Assembly: GCA_050998755.1 (NCBI GenBank)
Contig: JBPCPW010000095.1
Coordinates: 8,546 to 72,545 of the forward strand
DNA: 64,000 bases
Origin: Candidatus Dormibacteria bacterium
GTDB lineage: Bacteria > Chloroflexota > Dormibacteria > DASZGP01
Reading direction: 5' to 3'
Position numbers and translations under genes: made by a program. Shown here piece after piece: positions 9,041 to 20,767 of this stretch. The notes under the pieces were generated by a model, which worked only from the letters and a program-made list of their open reading frames with translations, ran no database searches and was not told the origin of the DNA. How positions within the stretch are numbered: the first letter of the stretch is position 1; each line of letters begins with the position of its first letter.

Positions 9041-11305
9041 GTGCTCGGTGGGTTGCGGCGTTCGTTCGCCGCCAAACTGGTCGCGCTTGAGGTCGGGACG
9101 ATCCTGGTGGTGTCGATCGCGGTGGCGGCGGCGCTGATCACCGCCCGGCTGCTGCAGACCCGCGATCTCGAGCAGAGCGTGGCGATCTCCGCCGCTGACG
9201 GCCTGCGGACCGATCTCAACACCGCCGGCGGCAACGCCTACAAGCTGACCGGCAGCCTGGCGGCATTCCCGGCCCTGCAGGCCGAGTATGGAGCTCCCAA
9301 CACCGCACGCCTGGAAGCGCTGCTGGCGGCTGAGGCGCAGACCCTGCTGAAGGGCGAGGCCCTCGTCGCCCTCGATGCCCAGGGGCGCCCGCTGCTGGCG
9401 CGCGAGGGCACCGGTGGCGGCGCCAGCGAGGTCCTTGATCCCTCGTTATTCCGGGGCATGGTGGCCGTCGCCGGGGCAGTTCAGGGCAAGGCGCCCACGC
9501 TGGGAGCGGTCGAGCCCATCGGTGCCGGGCTTCGGCTTGACGTCGCCACCAGGGTCCAGCGAAGCGGGTCAACGGTGGGGTTCATCGCCGAGAGTCAGGA
9601 TGTGCAGGCATTCCTGCAGCAGGTGGTACGCCCTCACAGTGGCATCCAATACAGCGTCTTCTACCAGGGGCGACGCGCCGCCACCACTCTCCCCGGCGCC
9701 CCTTCGGTGGGACTCCCGGGGGGTCTCGGCAACCCGGACGCCGCCGGTGGGCGTTTCGGCGTCTATGACCTCGGCGGCAGCACCTACGCGGGCTACTACA
9801 CCCGAGTTGGACAGGGCGCGAACGTGCTGGTCAGCGCGGACGTCAGCGACGCGGTGTTCGCCAGCCAGCGGGTCAACGACATCCTGGTGGTGGTGCTGGC
9901 GACGTCGCTCTTGGCCACGCTGCTCAGCCTGGTGGGGGTGTACTTTGCCCGGCGGACCGCCCTGCGCCCCCTGGCGGCGCTCAACCAGGGCGCAGAGCGG
10001 GTCAAGGCCGGCGACTATGGTGCGCGGGTCACCGTTGACAGCGGAGACGACTTCGGGCGGCTGGCCACCACCTTCAACGAGATGGCGGCGCAGATCCGTC
10101 GCGACACCGATGAGAAGGAGCGCCAGCGCGCCCGGCTGGACGCCGCCATCACCAGTCTGGCCTCGGTGTCCCGCGCCCTGACCACCACCATCTCGGGCGA
10201 GGACCGGCTCCGTGAGGCGGTGCTCGAATCGGTCCTCGAGCTGACCGGTGCGGAAGCTGTCGCAATGTACGAAGGGGCCGGTGGCGGGCTCAAGCTCACG
10301 GCGCGCCGCGGAATCGACGCGGCCGACTCTCGGGCGCTACTTCGTTTGATCGACCGGGAGCAACCGATCTCTGACGACGGCAGCCTACCGGTCAATCTTG
10401 ACCGGGCGCCGGCGAAATTCCGGGGCTGGTCGGCGCTGGCGGTCCCCATGGTCTACCAGGAACAGCGCATCGGCCTGATCGCGGCCTACAGCCCGGGCAG
10501 GCTGGACGGGATCGACGTCCCTTCACTCGGCGTCCTGGCCAACCAGGCCGTGGTGGCCCTGCAGAACAGCGCACTGTTCCAGCGCGAGCGGGAGACCGTG
10601 ACCCGGTTGCAGCAGCTGGACGGGATGAAGTCGGACTTCCTGGCCACCATCCAGCACGAGCTGCGCACCCCGCTGACGGCGATCATGGGGATGACCGACC
10701 TCCTCGAGATGGCCTGGACGGTCTGGGGTGACGAGCAGAAGCTCGAGGCCATCAACGACGTACAGGTTTCGGCCAAGTTGCTGTACGAAATCGTCGAAAC
10801 CATTCTCGACTACTCGATGCTCGATTCCGGCCGTGTGGAGCTGTCAATTGGCGATTTCAGTCTCAGGCAGATCGCGGATGGGGCGGCGGAGGAGCTCGCG
10901 CCGCTGATCCGGCGGAGCGATGTCAAGATCGACGTCAAGGTCCCCGCCAGGGTCAAGGTGCGCGGGGACGGCCAGCGCCTCAACCAGGTGATCAAGGCCC
11001 TGCTGGACAACGCGGTGAAGTTCAGCCCGGAGAAGGCTCGAGTGCAGGTCAACGCGTCGCAGGAGAACGGCCGCGTCACCCTGCAGGTGGTCGACCGCGG
11101 TATTGGCATAGCGCCTGAGCACCAGGCCCAGATCTTTGAGCGCTTCTTCCAGGTGGACAACACCGCCACCCGCCGCTACGGTGGCACCGGCATGGGGCTG
11201 GCGTTGGTCAAGCTGCTGGTGGAGAAGCAGCACGGTCGGGTATCTGTCCAGAGCGCCCCGGGCAAGGGTTCGACATTCACCGTGGTTCTGCCGACCGGCT
11301 CCTGA
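9041..11305 (+). CDS. sensor histidine kinase (TM-HAMP-GAF-HisKA-HATPase)
   Basis: HisKA box ATIQHELRTPLTAIMGM. HATPase_c blocks LLDNAVKFSP and GGTGMGLALVK...GKGSTFTVVLP. N-terminal TM helices. ORF track begins at 8936 overlapping the upstream gene; the in-frame GTG at 9041 is the likely start. Confidence 0.8.
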   Translation: MLGGLRRSFAAKLVALEVGTILVVSIAVAAALITARLLQTRDLEQSVAISAADGLRTDLNTAGGNAYKLTGSLAAFPALQAEYGAPNTARLEALLAAEAQTLLKGEALVALDAQGRPLLAREGTGGGASEVLDPSLFRGMVAVAGAVQGKAPTLGAVEPIGAGLRLDVATRVQRSGSTVGFIAESQDVQAFLQQVVRPHSGIQYSVFYQGRRAATTLPGAPSVGLPGGLGNPDAAGGRFGVYDLGGSTYAGYYTRVGQGANVLVSADVSDAVFASQRVNDILVVVLATSLLATLLSLVGVYFARRTALRPLAALNQGAERVKAGDYGARVTVDSGDDFGRLATTFNEMAAQIRRDTDEKERQRARLDAAITSLASVSRALTTTISGEDRLREAVLESVLELTGAEAVAMYEGAGGGLKLTARRGIDAADSRALLRLIDREQPISDDGSLPVNLDRAPAKFRGWSALAVPMVYQEQRIGLIAAYSPGRLDGIDVPSLGVLANQAVVALQNSALFQRERETVTRLQQLDGMKSDFLATIQHELRTPLTAIMGMTDLLEMAWTVWGDEQKLEAINDVQVSAKLLYEIVETILDYSMLDSGRVELSIGDFSLRQIADGAAEELAPLIRRSDVKIDVKVPARVKVRGDGQRLNQVIKALLDNAVKFSPEKARVQVNASQENGRVTLQVVDRGIGIAPEHQAQIFERFFQVDNTATRRYGGTGMGLALVKLLVEKQHGRVSVQSAPGKGSTFTVVLPTGS

Positions 11306-11307
11306 AC

Positions 11308-11313
11308 CTATAA
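11308..11313 (+). promoter_or_regulatory. candidate -10 box (TATAAT) for the SRP RNA gene
   Basis: Perfect TATAAT 7 nt upstream of the predicted SRP RNA 5' end. Weak -35 (TTCTGC) 16 nt upstream. Confidence 0.35.
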
Positions 11314-11319
11314 TCGGCC

Positions 11320-11588
11320 TCGGTCGCGCTAGACGGGGAGTCAGCGGTGCCCTGTACCCGCAATCCGCTATAGCGGGGTCGAACTCCCTTCTGAGGGCCT
11401 GGGAACCTGGGTGGTCCCGGGCTGTGGCGTTGAGGACCGGGCCCTGCGCAGCTCGAAACCCACGAACCCCGTCAGGTCCGGAAGGAAGCAGCGGTAAGAG
11501 GGCGACGGGGGTGCCGCAGAAAGCTCGGTCTGAGTCACAGCCTGGCAAGGCGCCTGGGGGTTCCGGGGACGAGGTTGGGTGCGCGACC
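11320..11588 (+). ncRNA. ffs: signal recognition particle RNA, long Bacillus-type with Alu domain
   Basis: Universal domain IV motif GTCAGGTCCGGAAGGAAGCAGC at 11471-11492. The 5' Alu-domain block GCGGTGCCCTGTACC..CAATCCGCT matches B. subtilis scRNA. The 5' GGTCGCGC pairs with the 3' GCGCGACC, followed by a TTTTT run. Located upstream of dnaX, as in Firmicutes. Confidence 0.85.
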
Positions 11589-11624
11589 ACTTTTTGACCA
11601 TGACGCGACCCCTTTGACCGTGAA

Positions 11625-13373
11625 TTGACCGCCCTATACACCCGCTACCGCTCCCAGCGTTTTGATGCCCTCGTGGGGCAGGACGCGGCCGTGCGCACGC
11701 TCAAGAACGCCGTGACCGGTGGCCGGGTGGCCCACGCCTACCTATTCACCGGTATCCGAGGCACGGGCAAGACCACCTCCGCGCGGCTCCTGGCCAAGGC
11801 CGTGAACTGCCTCAACCTCGTCGATGGCGAGCCCGACAACAGCTGTGCCAACTGCGTGGCCATCAACGACGGCACGGCAACCGACCTGATCGAGATCGAT
11901 GCCGCCAGCAACCGCGGGATCGACGAGATCCGCGATCTCCGTGAGCGCGCCAGCTACATGCCGGCGCTGCTGAGGCGGAAGGTCTACATCATCGACGAGG
12001 CGCACCAGCTCACAGATCCCGCCTTCAACGCCCTCCTCAAGACCCTCGAAGAGCCCCCCGAGCATGTCCTCTTCATCCTCTGCACCACCGAGTCCCACAA
12101 GCTGCCGGCCACGATCATCTCGCGGACTCAGCGCTTTGACTTCCGGCGCATCAACGAGGAGGAGATCGCCGCCCACCTGGCCTTCATCGCCGGCGAGGAG
12201 AAGCTTGCTGCCCGGCCCGACGGCCTGCGGTTGATCGCCGCCATGGCCCAGGGAAGCATGCGGGACGCGGTGACAATGCTCGATCAGATGGCCAGCGCCG
12301 GTGTTGACGCCATCGACGCTTCCACCGTGCGCCGGCAACTGGGGCTGGTGACCCAGAGGGAACTCGCGGGCGTTCTCGCCGCGGCCGCGCGTGGCGACGC
12401 CGCGACGGCGCTGCGTGAGCTGGACGGGATGGCCGCCCAGGGCGCCGACATGCGTCAGCTGACCTCCAACCTGGCCGAGATGGCCCGTCGGGCGGTCCTT
12501 GTGAGCATTGGCGCCGGCGAGGCGGCGGCGCTGGGAATCGAGGAGGCCGCCGCACCGCTGATGGCCGAGGTCGTGTCCGTCGGCGGCCGTGAGTTCGCGG
12601 CTCGTGCGTTCGAGTTGGCGGTCGGGGCGGGGGCCGAGATGCGCCAGACGCACGACCCGCGGCTGCTCCTGGAATTGACGTTATTGAAGCTGTCGGCGGT
12701 AGTGCCCGGGGCGCCGGCGCCGGATCCTCTGCCATCGGTCCCGTCTCCTTCCCCCGCCACCCCGGCGGGAAGCGCACCGGCGCCCCCCGCCCCGCCGCGC
12801 CCGGCGGCACCCCCGGTCCCGCCCGCCGACGCGGTTGAGGCCGCTGCTTCCACCCCCCGCCTCGACGCGCCGGCCATGGCACCCACCGCCTCCAGCGCGG
12901 CTGTTGCCCCCGTCGCCGCGGAGCTGTCCGAGGTCCGCGCCCGCTGGCCCGCCCTCCTGGACACGCTTCGTGGATCGGCACCGGCCACCCGCCTGCGGGC
13001 GCTGCTCAACGACGCCTCGCCGATATCGCTGGACGATGACCTCCTGACGGTGGGGTTCCGGTTCGCGATGCTCAGCGAGAAGGCCCAGGAACCGTTGCAT
13101 CGCGCCGAACTCGAAAAGGCCCTGGGCCTGGTGTACGGCCGGACCTTCCGCCTCCGCTTCAAGGTCGCCCCGGACCTCCAGCCGCTCGGGGCCTCCACGG
13201 CGCCACCACCGCCCCTGCCGGGGCCCCCGGCTGCCATCGCGCGCCCGGCCTCACCCGTCCCGCAGACCGCCGCCCCGGGCGAGGCCGTCAGTGGTGAGCA
13301 GCTGGTCGAGGCAGCGGTGGAGGTGCTGGGGGCGCGCATCACCGACATCCGTCCCCGACAGCGGCCGGCGTAG
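11625..13373 (+). CDS. dnaX: DNA polymerase III subunit gamma/tau
   Basis: AAA+ clamp-loader motifs (GIRGTGKTTSARLLAKAVNC, Zn module CANCVAINDG, DEAHQL). Pro/Ala-rich C-terminal region. Confidence 0.9.
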   Translation: MTALYTRYRSQRFDALVGQDAAVRTLKNAVTGGRVAHAYLFTGIRGTGKTTSARLLAKAVNCLNLVDGEPDNSCANCVAINDGTATDLIEIDAASNRGIDEIRDLRERASYMPALLRRKVYIIDEAHQLTDPAFNALLKTLEEPPEHVLFILCTTESHKLPATIISRTQRFDFRRINEEEIAAHLAFIAGEEKLAARPDGLRLIAAMAQGSMRDAVTMLDQMASAGVDAIDASTVRRQLGLVTQRELAGVLAAAARGDAATALRELDGMAAQGADMRQLTSNLAEMARRAVLVSIGAGEAAALGIEEAAAPLMAEVVSVGGREFAARAFELAVGAGAEMRQTHDPRLLLELTLLKLSAVVPGAPAPDPLPSVPSPSPATPAGSAPAPPAPPRPAAPPVPPADAVEAAASTPRLDAPAMAPTASSAAVAPVAAELSEVRARWPALLDTLRGSAPATRLRALLNDASPISLDDDLLTVGFRFAMLSEKAQEPLHRAELEKALGLVYGRTFRLRFKVAPDLQPLGASTAPPPPLPGPPAAIARPASPVPQTAAPGEAVSGEQLVEAAVEVLGARITDIRPRQRPA

Positions 13374-13396
13374 CTCCCCGTAGGTAGAATCCGTCC

Positions 13397-13711
13397 GTGG
13401 CCGGGAACATGAAGATGATGCGGCAGTTGCAGGAGATGCAGAGCCGCATGGCCCAGATCCAGGAGGACCTCGGGAGCAAGGCTGTCGAAGGAACCGCCGG
13501 GGGAGGGGTGGTCAAGGTGAGCGCCAGCGGACACCAGAAGATCCTGTCCATTGAGATCCAGCCGGATGCCGTGGACCCCCAGGACGTGGAGCTGCTCCAG
13601 GACCTGATCCTGGCAGCCACCAATGAGGCCCTGGACCGCTCGCGGGAACTCGCCGCGGGCGAGCTCGGCGCGCTGGCCTCCGGCCTGGGACTCCCGCCCG
13701 GCCTCATCTAA
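13397..13711 (+). CDS. ybaB: nucleoid-associated protein YbaB/EbfC
   Basis: 104 aa with the MMRQLQEMQSRMAQIQEDL...GGGVVKVSASG signature. Sits between dnaX and recR. Confidence 0.9.
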   Translation: MAGNMKMMRQLQEMQSRMAQIQEDLGSKAVEGTAGGGVVKVSASGHQKILSIEIQPDAVDPQDVELLQDLILAATNEALDRSRELAAGELGALASGLGLPPGLI

Positions 13712-13714
13712 CTG

Positions 13715-13768
13715 GGATCGAGCGACGCAGTCTAACCAGGATCGAGCGGTTCTGATCTGGATCGAGCG
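13715..13768. repeat. three direct repeats of GGATCGAGCG(A/G) spaced 24 and 20 bp apart
   Basis: Core decamer at 13715-13724, 13739-13748 and 13759-13768, in the ybaB-recR intergenic region. Confidence 0.5.
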
Positions 13769-13852
13769 AGTCCCAGCTTGAGCCCCGCGTAGGTCAGGGG
13801 CACCCGGGCCATCGACTTTCTGCCGCCGGCACTCACCGCCCTGATCGGCGAG

Positions 13853-14428
13853 TTGCAGCGCCTCCCGGGCATGGGGCCCAAGAGCGCCCACCGTCTCGCC
13901 TTTCATCTGCTCCGCACCCCAGGAGCATCGGTGGAACGCCTCTCCAAGGCCATGGCCGAGCTCCATCAAGGCGTGCAGTTCTGCCGCACCTGCTCGTTCA
14001 TTGCCGCCGGACCCCAGTGCGCGATCTGTGCCGACCCGCGGCGCGACGACGGGGTGATGTGCGTGGTCGAGGAGCCCACGGACGTCATCGCCATCGAACG
14101 CACCGGTGAGTTCCGCGGCCGCTACCACGTCCTGATGGGGGCGATCTCGCCGATGGACGGCGTGGGGCCGGGGGAGATCCGGGTCGAGGAACTCCTCGAC
14201 CGCCTTCGCCGGGGCGAGGTCCGAGAGGTGATCCTGGCCACCGACGGCGACGTGGAGGGGGAGGCGACCGCAGCCTACCTCAACCAGGCTATCGAGGAGG
14301 TCGGGGCCCTGCAGGCAACCAGCATCGGCGTGACCAGGCTGGCGCGCGGACTGCCCATGGGTGGCGAACTCGAATACGCCGACGAGCTCACGATCGCCCG
14401 GGCCCTCTCCGGGAGGCGGCCACTCTAG
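13853..14428 (+). CDS. recR: recombination protein RecR (true start probably upstream, non-canonical)
   Basis: HhH LPGMGPKSAHRLAFHLL, C4 zinc finger CRTCSFIAAGPQCAIC and Toprim domain. The in-frame upstream region back to the stop at 13790 encodes the conserved N-terminal helix (DFLPPALTALIGELQR) but has no ATG/GTG/TTG. Confidence 0.85.
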   Translation: MQRLPGMGPKSAHRLAFHLLRTPGASVERLSKAMAELHQGVQFCRTCSFIAAGPQCAICADPRRDDGVMCVVEEPTDVIAIERTGEFRGRYHVLMGAISPMDGVGPGEIRVEELLDRLRRGEVREVILATDGDVEGEATAAYLNQAIEEVGALQATSIGVTRLARGLPMGGELEYADELTIARALSGRRPL

Positions 14429-14514
14429 AGTCCTGGGTCACCTGGCCGCCATCGGCTATCATATCGAGCCGGCGTGAAAGCCGGTTCCGGGCTGGACCAG
14501 GGACTGCCGAGAGG

Positions 14515-14543
14515 TTGCTCGCGGCCAGAAACGGGAGTACAAT
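14515..14543 (+). promoter_or_regulatory. candidate rRNA operon promoter (TTGCTC-17-TACAAT)
   Basis: Sequence pattern only, about 280 nt upstream of the 16S 5' end. Confidence 0.25.
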
Positions 14544-14825
14544 CAGAGGTCGCGTCCCGGTCCGCAAGGTTCGGGTGCATTCCGTCACCGGACGGTGGTT
14601 CTCGCCCAAAAAGCGATTACCGAAAGCCGGCAGCACCTTAACAGTTGAAGAGTGAAGAGACTGATCCGCTAGGTAGCGGATGTACCTCCAATGGAGCAAG
14701 CCCCGGAGGAGGCAGTCGCAAACCAGGTCTCGACCCCGCGGTGGGGAAGAGGCCATAGCCAGACCCGTCTAAAGACATAAATCCGGAGACTCGCAAGAGT
14801 TGATGGACTAAGAGAGTCTTTTTTC

Positions 14826-16323
<1,498 letters not shown>

Positions 16324-16698
16324 AAGGAGCCTTGACCCGCCAGCTGAAGCGCAGCAATGCGTGGGGGCGAAGGGAAGAGGATCCGTCAACTCAGGTCAGA
16401 TGCAACCTGGTCGCAAAAGAAGCCAAGAGTAGTCAGATCCCTTCGAGGTGACGGCGAAGAGTAGCGACGAGTAGCGCCCAGGAGCTCCAGGTAACTGGAG
16501 GAGGCTGGCCGGTGGGCAGTGCAAACCTGCAACAAATGCCGGCAGTGATGCCGGCGAATCGTCTGGCTGGTGCCTGGATGGACCCAAGCGGGAGTTCGCT
16601 TCCGCCGGCGGTATCTCACGGTGCTGTCAGTCTCTTCACTTTTCAGTTGCTCAGGTGCTTGGCCGTGTGCCACGGCCGCCTAAGATTGCGGGTCCGAG

Positions 16699-16774
16699 GG
16701 CCTTTAGCTCAGGTGGTCAGAGCGCACGGCTGATAACCGTGAGGTCTGTGGTTCGAGTCCACAAAGGCCCACCA
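16699..16774 (+). tRNA. tRNA-Ile (GAU) in the 16S-23S spacer
   Basis: Cloverleaf GGGCCTTTAGCTCAGGTGG..CTGATAA..GGTTCGAGTCC..GGCCCACCA. Anticodon GAT. Confidence 0.9.
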
Positions 16775-16826
16775 CCTCCTGCATCGCAGCGGCTCCGCCC
16801 GCTGGGCGGATCCCGCGATCTACGTG

Positions 16827-16899
<73 letters not shown>

Positions 16900-17965
16900 A
16901 CCAGCTCTACCCGCCTCGTGGCGGAAAGAGAAAGCACGTTAACAAGCGAATAGCGAAGAACTTCAGTTGAGATCCTGGAAGGCCATCCAGCCGGAACGGG
17001 TCTCATGTCGAAAAGTAGTTGGGTCAACACAGTTGAACCAGCATCGAGTCCCCCGAGCGCCACGGCGTGAAGGGTGCGGAGAGGCTGGGGAGACCAGGTT
17101 GATCTGAAAACGCAATCAAGCCTTCCTACAAAGAGGTGAAAACTGGCTTCTGCCGAGGGGCCAGGAGGATTGCGTCGTGTGCTGGTTTGCGCTAGGCGAA
17201 AGAATGCGCCGAAAGGTGCAGGAAGTCGTCAAGCCGCTGTGAAGTGGCGATAGGTAGGTCAAGCTAGCAAGAGCACACGGTGGATGCCTTGGCATCAAGA
17301 GCCGATGAAGGACGTGGTTACCGACGATACGCCTCGGGGAGCTGGAAACGAGCTTCGATCCGAGGATTTCCGAATGAGGAAACTCAGCGCAAGTAATGTT
17401 GCGTTACTCCCGCCTGAATATATAGGGCGGGTAGAGGGCACCCGGGGAACTGAAACATCTAAGTACCCGGAGGAAGAGATACTCCCTTAGTAGTGGCGAG
17501 CGAACAGGGACCAGCCCAAACCCCTTTTGCGTGATAGGCGGCAGCCGTTTCAGAAGGGGTGTTGTGGGAGCCACCCGTTATCCCTGCCGGGGTAGCAAGG
17601 AGTTACAAAATCGCTGTTTAGTTGAGCGGCCCTGGAAAGGCCGGCCACAGAGGGTGACAGCCCCGTAAACGAAAAGCAGGCGATCTCCTGGAGGATTTCC
17701 CAAGTACCACGGGACACGCGAAATCCCGTGGGAATCTGCCCAGACCATTGGGTAAGGCTAAGTACTCTTGATGACCGATAGCGGATAGTACCGTGAGGGA
17801 ATGGTGAAAAGTACCCCGGAAGGGGAGTGAAATAGTACCTGAAACCGTGTGCTTACAAACCGTGAGAGCACTATGCCGGTTTACCGGAATGTGTGATTGC
17901 GTGCCTTTTGTAGAATGAGCCGGCGAGTTACTTCTCTGTGGCAAGGTTAAGGGGTTTACACCCGG

Positions 17966-17997
<32 letters not shown>

Positions 17998-18430
17998 GTT
18001 GTAGTCGCAGGGAGTAGACCCGAAACTGAGTGACCTATCCATGGTCAGGCTGAAGCGCAGGTAAAACTGCGTGGAGGGCCGAACCGACCCCGGTTGAAAA
18101 CGCGGCGGATGAACTGTGGATAGCGGTGAAATGCCAATCGAACTCAGATATAGCTGGTTCTCCTCGAAATGCATTTAGGTGCAGCGTCATCGATTCAGTG
18201 TGTCGGAGGTAGAGCACTGAATGGGCTAGGGGCCATCACCTGGTTACCAAACCCAATCAAACTCCGAATGCCGATACATATTGCGATGGCAGTGAGACAG
18301 TGGGGGATAAGCTTCATTGTCGAAAGGGAAACAGCCCAGACCCTCAGCTAAGGCCCCAAATTTGTGGCTAAGTGGTAAAGGAGGTCGGGTTGCTCAGACA
18401 ACCAGGATGTTGGCTTAGAAGCAGCCACCA

Positions 18431-18466
<36 letters not shown>

Positions 18467-19227
18467 CTGGCGCCGACAATGATCGGGGCTCAAGCCATGA
18501 GCCGAAGCTAGGGATGGCGTCGTAAGACGTCGTGGTAGAGGAGCGTTCTGCGTGCAGCGAAGCTGAACCGTGAGGATTGGTGGAGCGCGCAGAAGTGCGA
18601 ATGCCGGCACAAGTAGCGAGAAAAACGTGAGAAACGTTTTCGCCGTAAGCCTAAGGTTTCCTGGGCAACGTTAATCGTCCCAGGGTTAGCCGGGCCTAAG
18701 CCGAGGCTGAAAAGCGTAGGCGATGGACAACTGGTCATAATTCCAGTGCCACCAAAGTTCGTTATGAGCGATGGAGCGACGAAGAAGGATAGGTACAGCG
18801 CACGATTGGATGTGTGCGTGTAAGCAGGTAGGCGGTTCCCGTAGGTAAATCCGCGGGAGCATCAACGCCGAGATGTGATGCCGAGCCTGGTAACAGGCGA
18901 AGTGGCTGATTCCAAGCTTCCAAGAAAACCTTCTAGCCAGAACTAGGTGCCCGTACCGCAAACCGACTCAGGTAGGTGGGAAGAGGATTCCAAGGCGATC
19001 GAGAGAAGTGTAGTTAAGGAACTCGGCAAAATACCTCCGTAACTTCGGGAGAAGGAGGGCCCCCTGGGGTAATGGACCTCGCGTCCTGAGCTCTGGAGGG
19101 CCGCAGAGAAAAGGCCCAACCGACTGTTTACTAAAAACACAGGTCTCTGCTAAAGCGAAAGCTGATGTATAGGGGCTGACGCCTGCCCGGTGCCGGAAGG
19201 TTAAGGGGAACTGTTAACGCGGTGAAC

Positions 19228-19258
<31 letters not shown>

Positions 19259-19268
19259 CAAACCGAGG

Positions 19269-19556
<288 letters not shown>

Positions 19557-19576
19557 GAGTAGAAACGAGCCCGTAC

Positions 19577-20245
19577 CGGCTAATATCGGTGGAGCCCTAT
19601 TGACGGCGTGCGACTGTCACGGGTGGTACCGAGGGAAGTCGCCTTGCAAGAGGTTGACCCCGTATCGACTGAGGCTTAAGTGCCGAGGGTTGCCACGCTT
19701 ACGCAAGGGCGTAAAATTTATGTGGTGGCCAAGACGCCGGTGAGTTTCGATGTGAACCTCCCTTCGTACATATCTGGTTACGTTGACGGAGAGGGATGCT
19801 TCACCGTCTCGTTCTCAAGGCGCATGAAGATGCGTGGAGGATGGGAAGTGAGGCCGAGCTTTTCGGTCAGCCAGAACTCAGACCGTGCAGAGGTGCTGCT
19901 GGAGATCCAGGAGTACCTCGGATGCGGAACGATTCGCCCAGATCGGAGCGACAAGACCATGAAGCTCGAGGTGCGCAGCATCGCGAACTTGGTCGAGAAG
20001 GTCATTCCTCACTTTGAGAGGTACCCGATGCGCTCCAGCAAACAAAGGGATTTCGAGTTCTTTGCCAGGGTATGCCAGCTCGTAAGCGCTGGCGAACATC
20101 TGACGCCCGCCGGCTTCCACAAGGTGGTCGGAATGGCAACTCAGATGAACAGCTCTGGCCGGCGCAAATATAGCGCCAGTGAGATGCTCGATAGCTCGGA
20201 GCTCAGAGTTATAGTCAGCACCCCCAGGAACGGGGGATAGAAGCG
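19577..20245 (+). mobile_element. group I intron 2 (encodes a LAGLIDADG endonuclease), after E. coli U1951
   Basis: Exon CCTTGTCGGGT|...|AAGTTCCGACC. Intron ends in G. Guide GCCCG pairs with exon TCGGGT. 5' part homologous to intron 3. Confidence 0.75.
19680..20240 (+). CDS. LAGLIDADG homing endonuclease (single-motif, I-CreI-like) inside intron 2
   Basis: Motif YISGYVDGEGCFTVSF plus downstream conserved blocks. Real start may be the GTG at 19722. Confidence 0.8.
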   Translation: MPRVATLTQGRKIYVVAKTPVSFDVNLPSYISGYVDGEGCFTVSFSRRMKMRGGWEVRPSFSVSQNSDRAEVLLEIQEYLGCGTIRPDRSDKTMKLEVRSIANLVEKVIPHFERYPMRSSKQRDFEFFARVCQLVSAGEHLTPAGFHKVVGMATQMNSSGRRKYSASEMLDSSELRVIVSTPRNGG

Positions 20246-20714
20246 AAGTTCCGACCCGCACGAATGGCGTAACGAGTTGGGCGCTGTCTCGACTACACAC
20301 TCGGCGAAACTGAAGTACCTGTGAAGATACAGGTTACGCGCGGCAGGACGGAAAGACCCCGTGGAGCTTTACTGCAACTTGTCACTGGTCAGGGGCTTAG
20401 CATGTAGAGGATAGCTGGGAGACTGTGAAATTCGGGCGCTAGCTCGGGTGGAGTCAACCTTGGAATACCAGCCTTGTTAAATCTTTGATCTAACCGACAC
20501 CGTGATCCGGTGGCGGGACCGTGACAGGCAGGCAGTTTGACTGGGGCGGTCGCCTCCCAAAAGGTAACGGAGGCGCCCAAAGGTTCCCTCAGCCTGGATG
20601 GAAATCAGGCTTTTGAGTGCAATGGCATAAGGGAGCTTAACTGTGAGACAAACAGGTCGAGCAGGTGCGAAAGCAGGGCATAGTGATCCGACGACTCGGT
20701 ATGGAACGGTCGTC

Positions 20715-20751
<37 letters not shown>

Positions 20752-20767
20752 TATCTTGCCCAAGAGT

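Noticed and set aside
14429-14825. rRNA leader region checked for boxA antiterminator or a small RNA gene
   Set aside because: Only weak TTAACA-like fragments. No confident boxA (GCTCTTTAACAA) or known ncRNA signature. Left as a putative promoter only.
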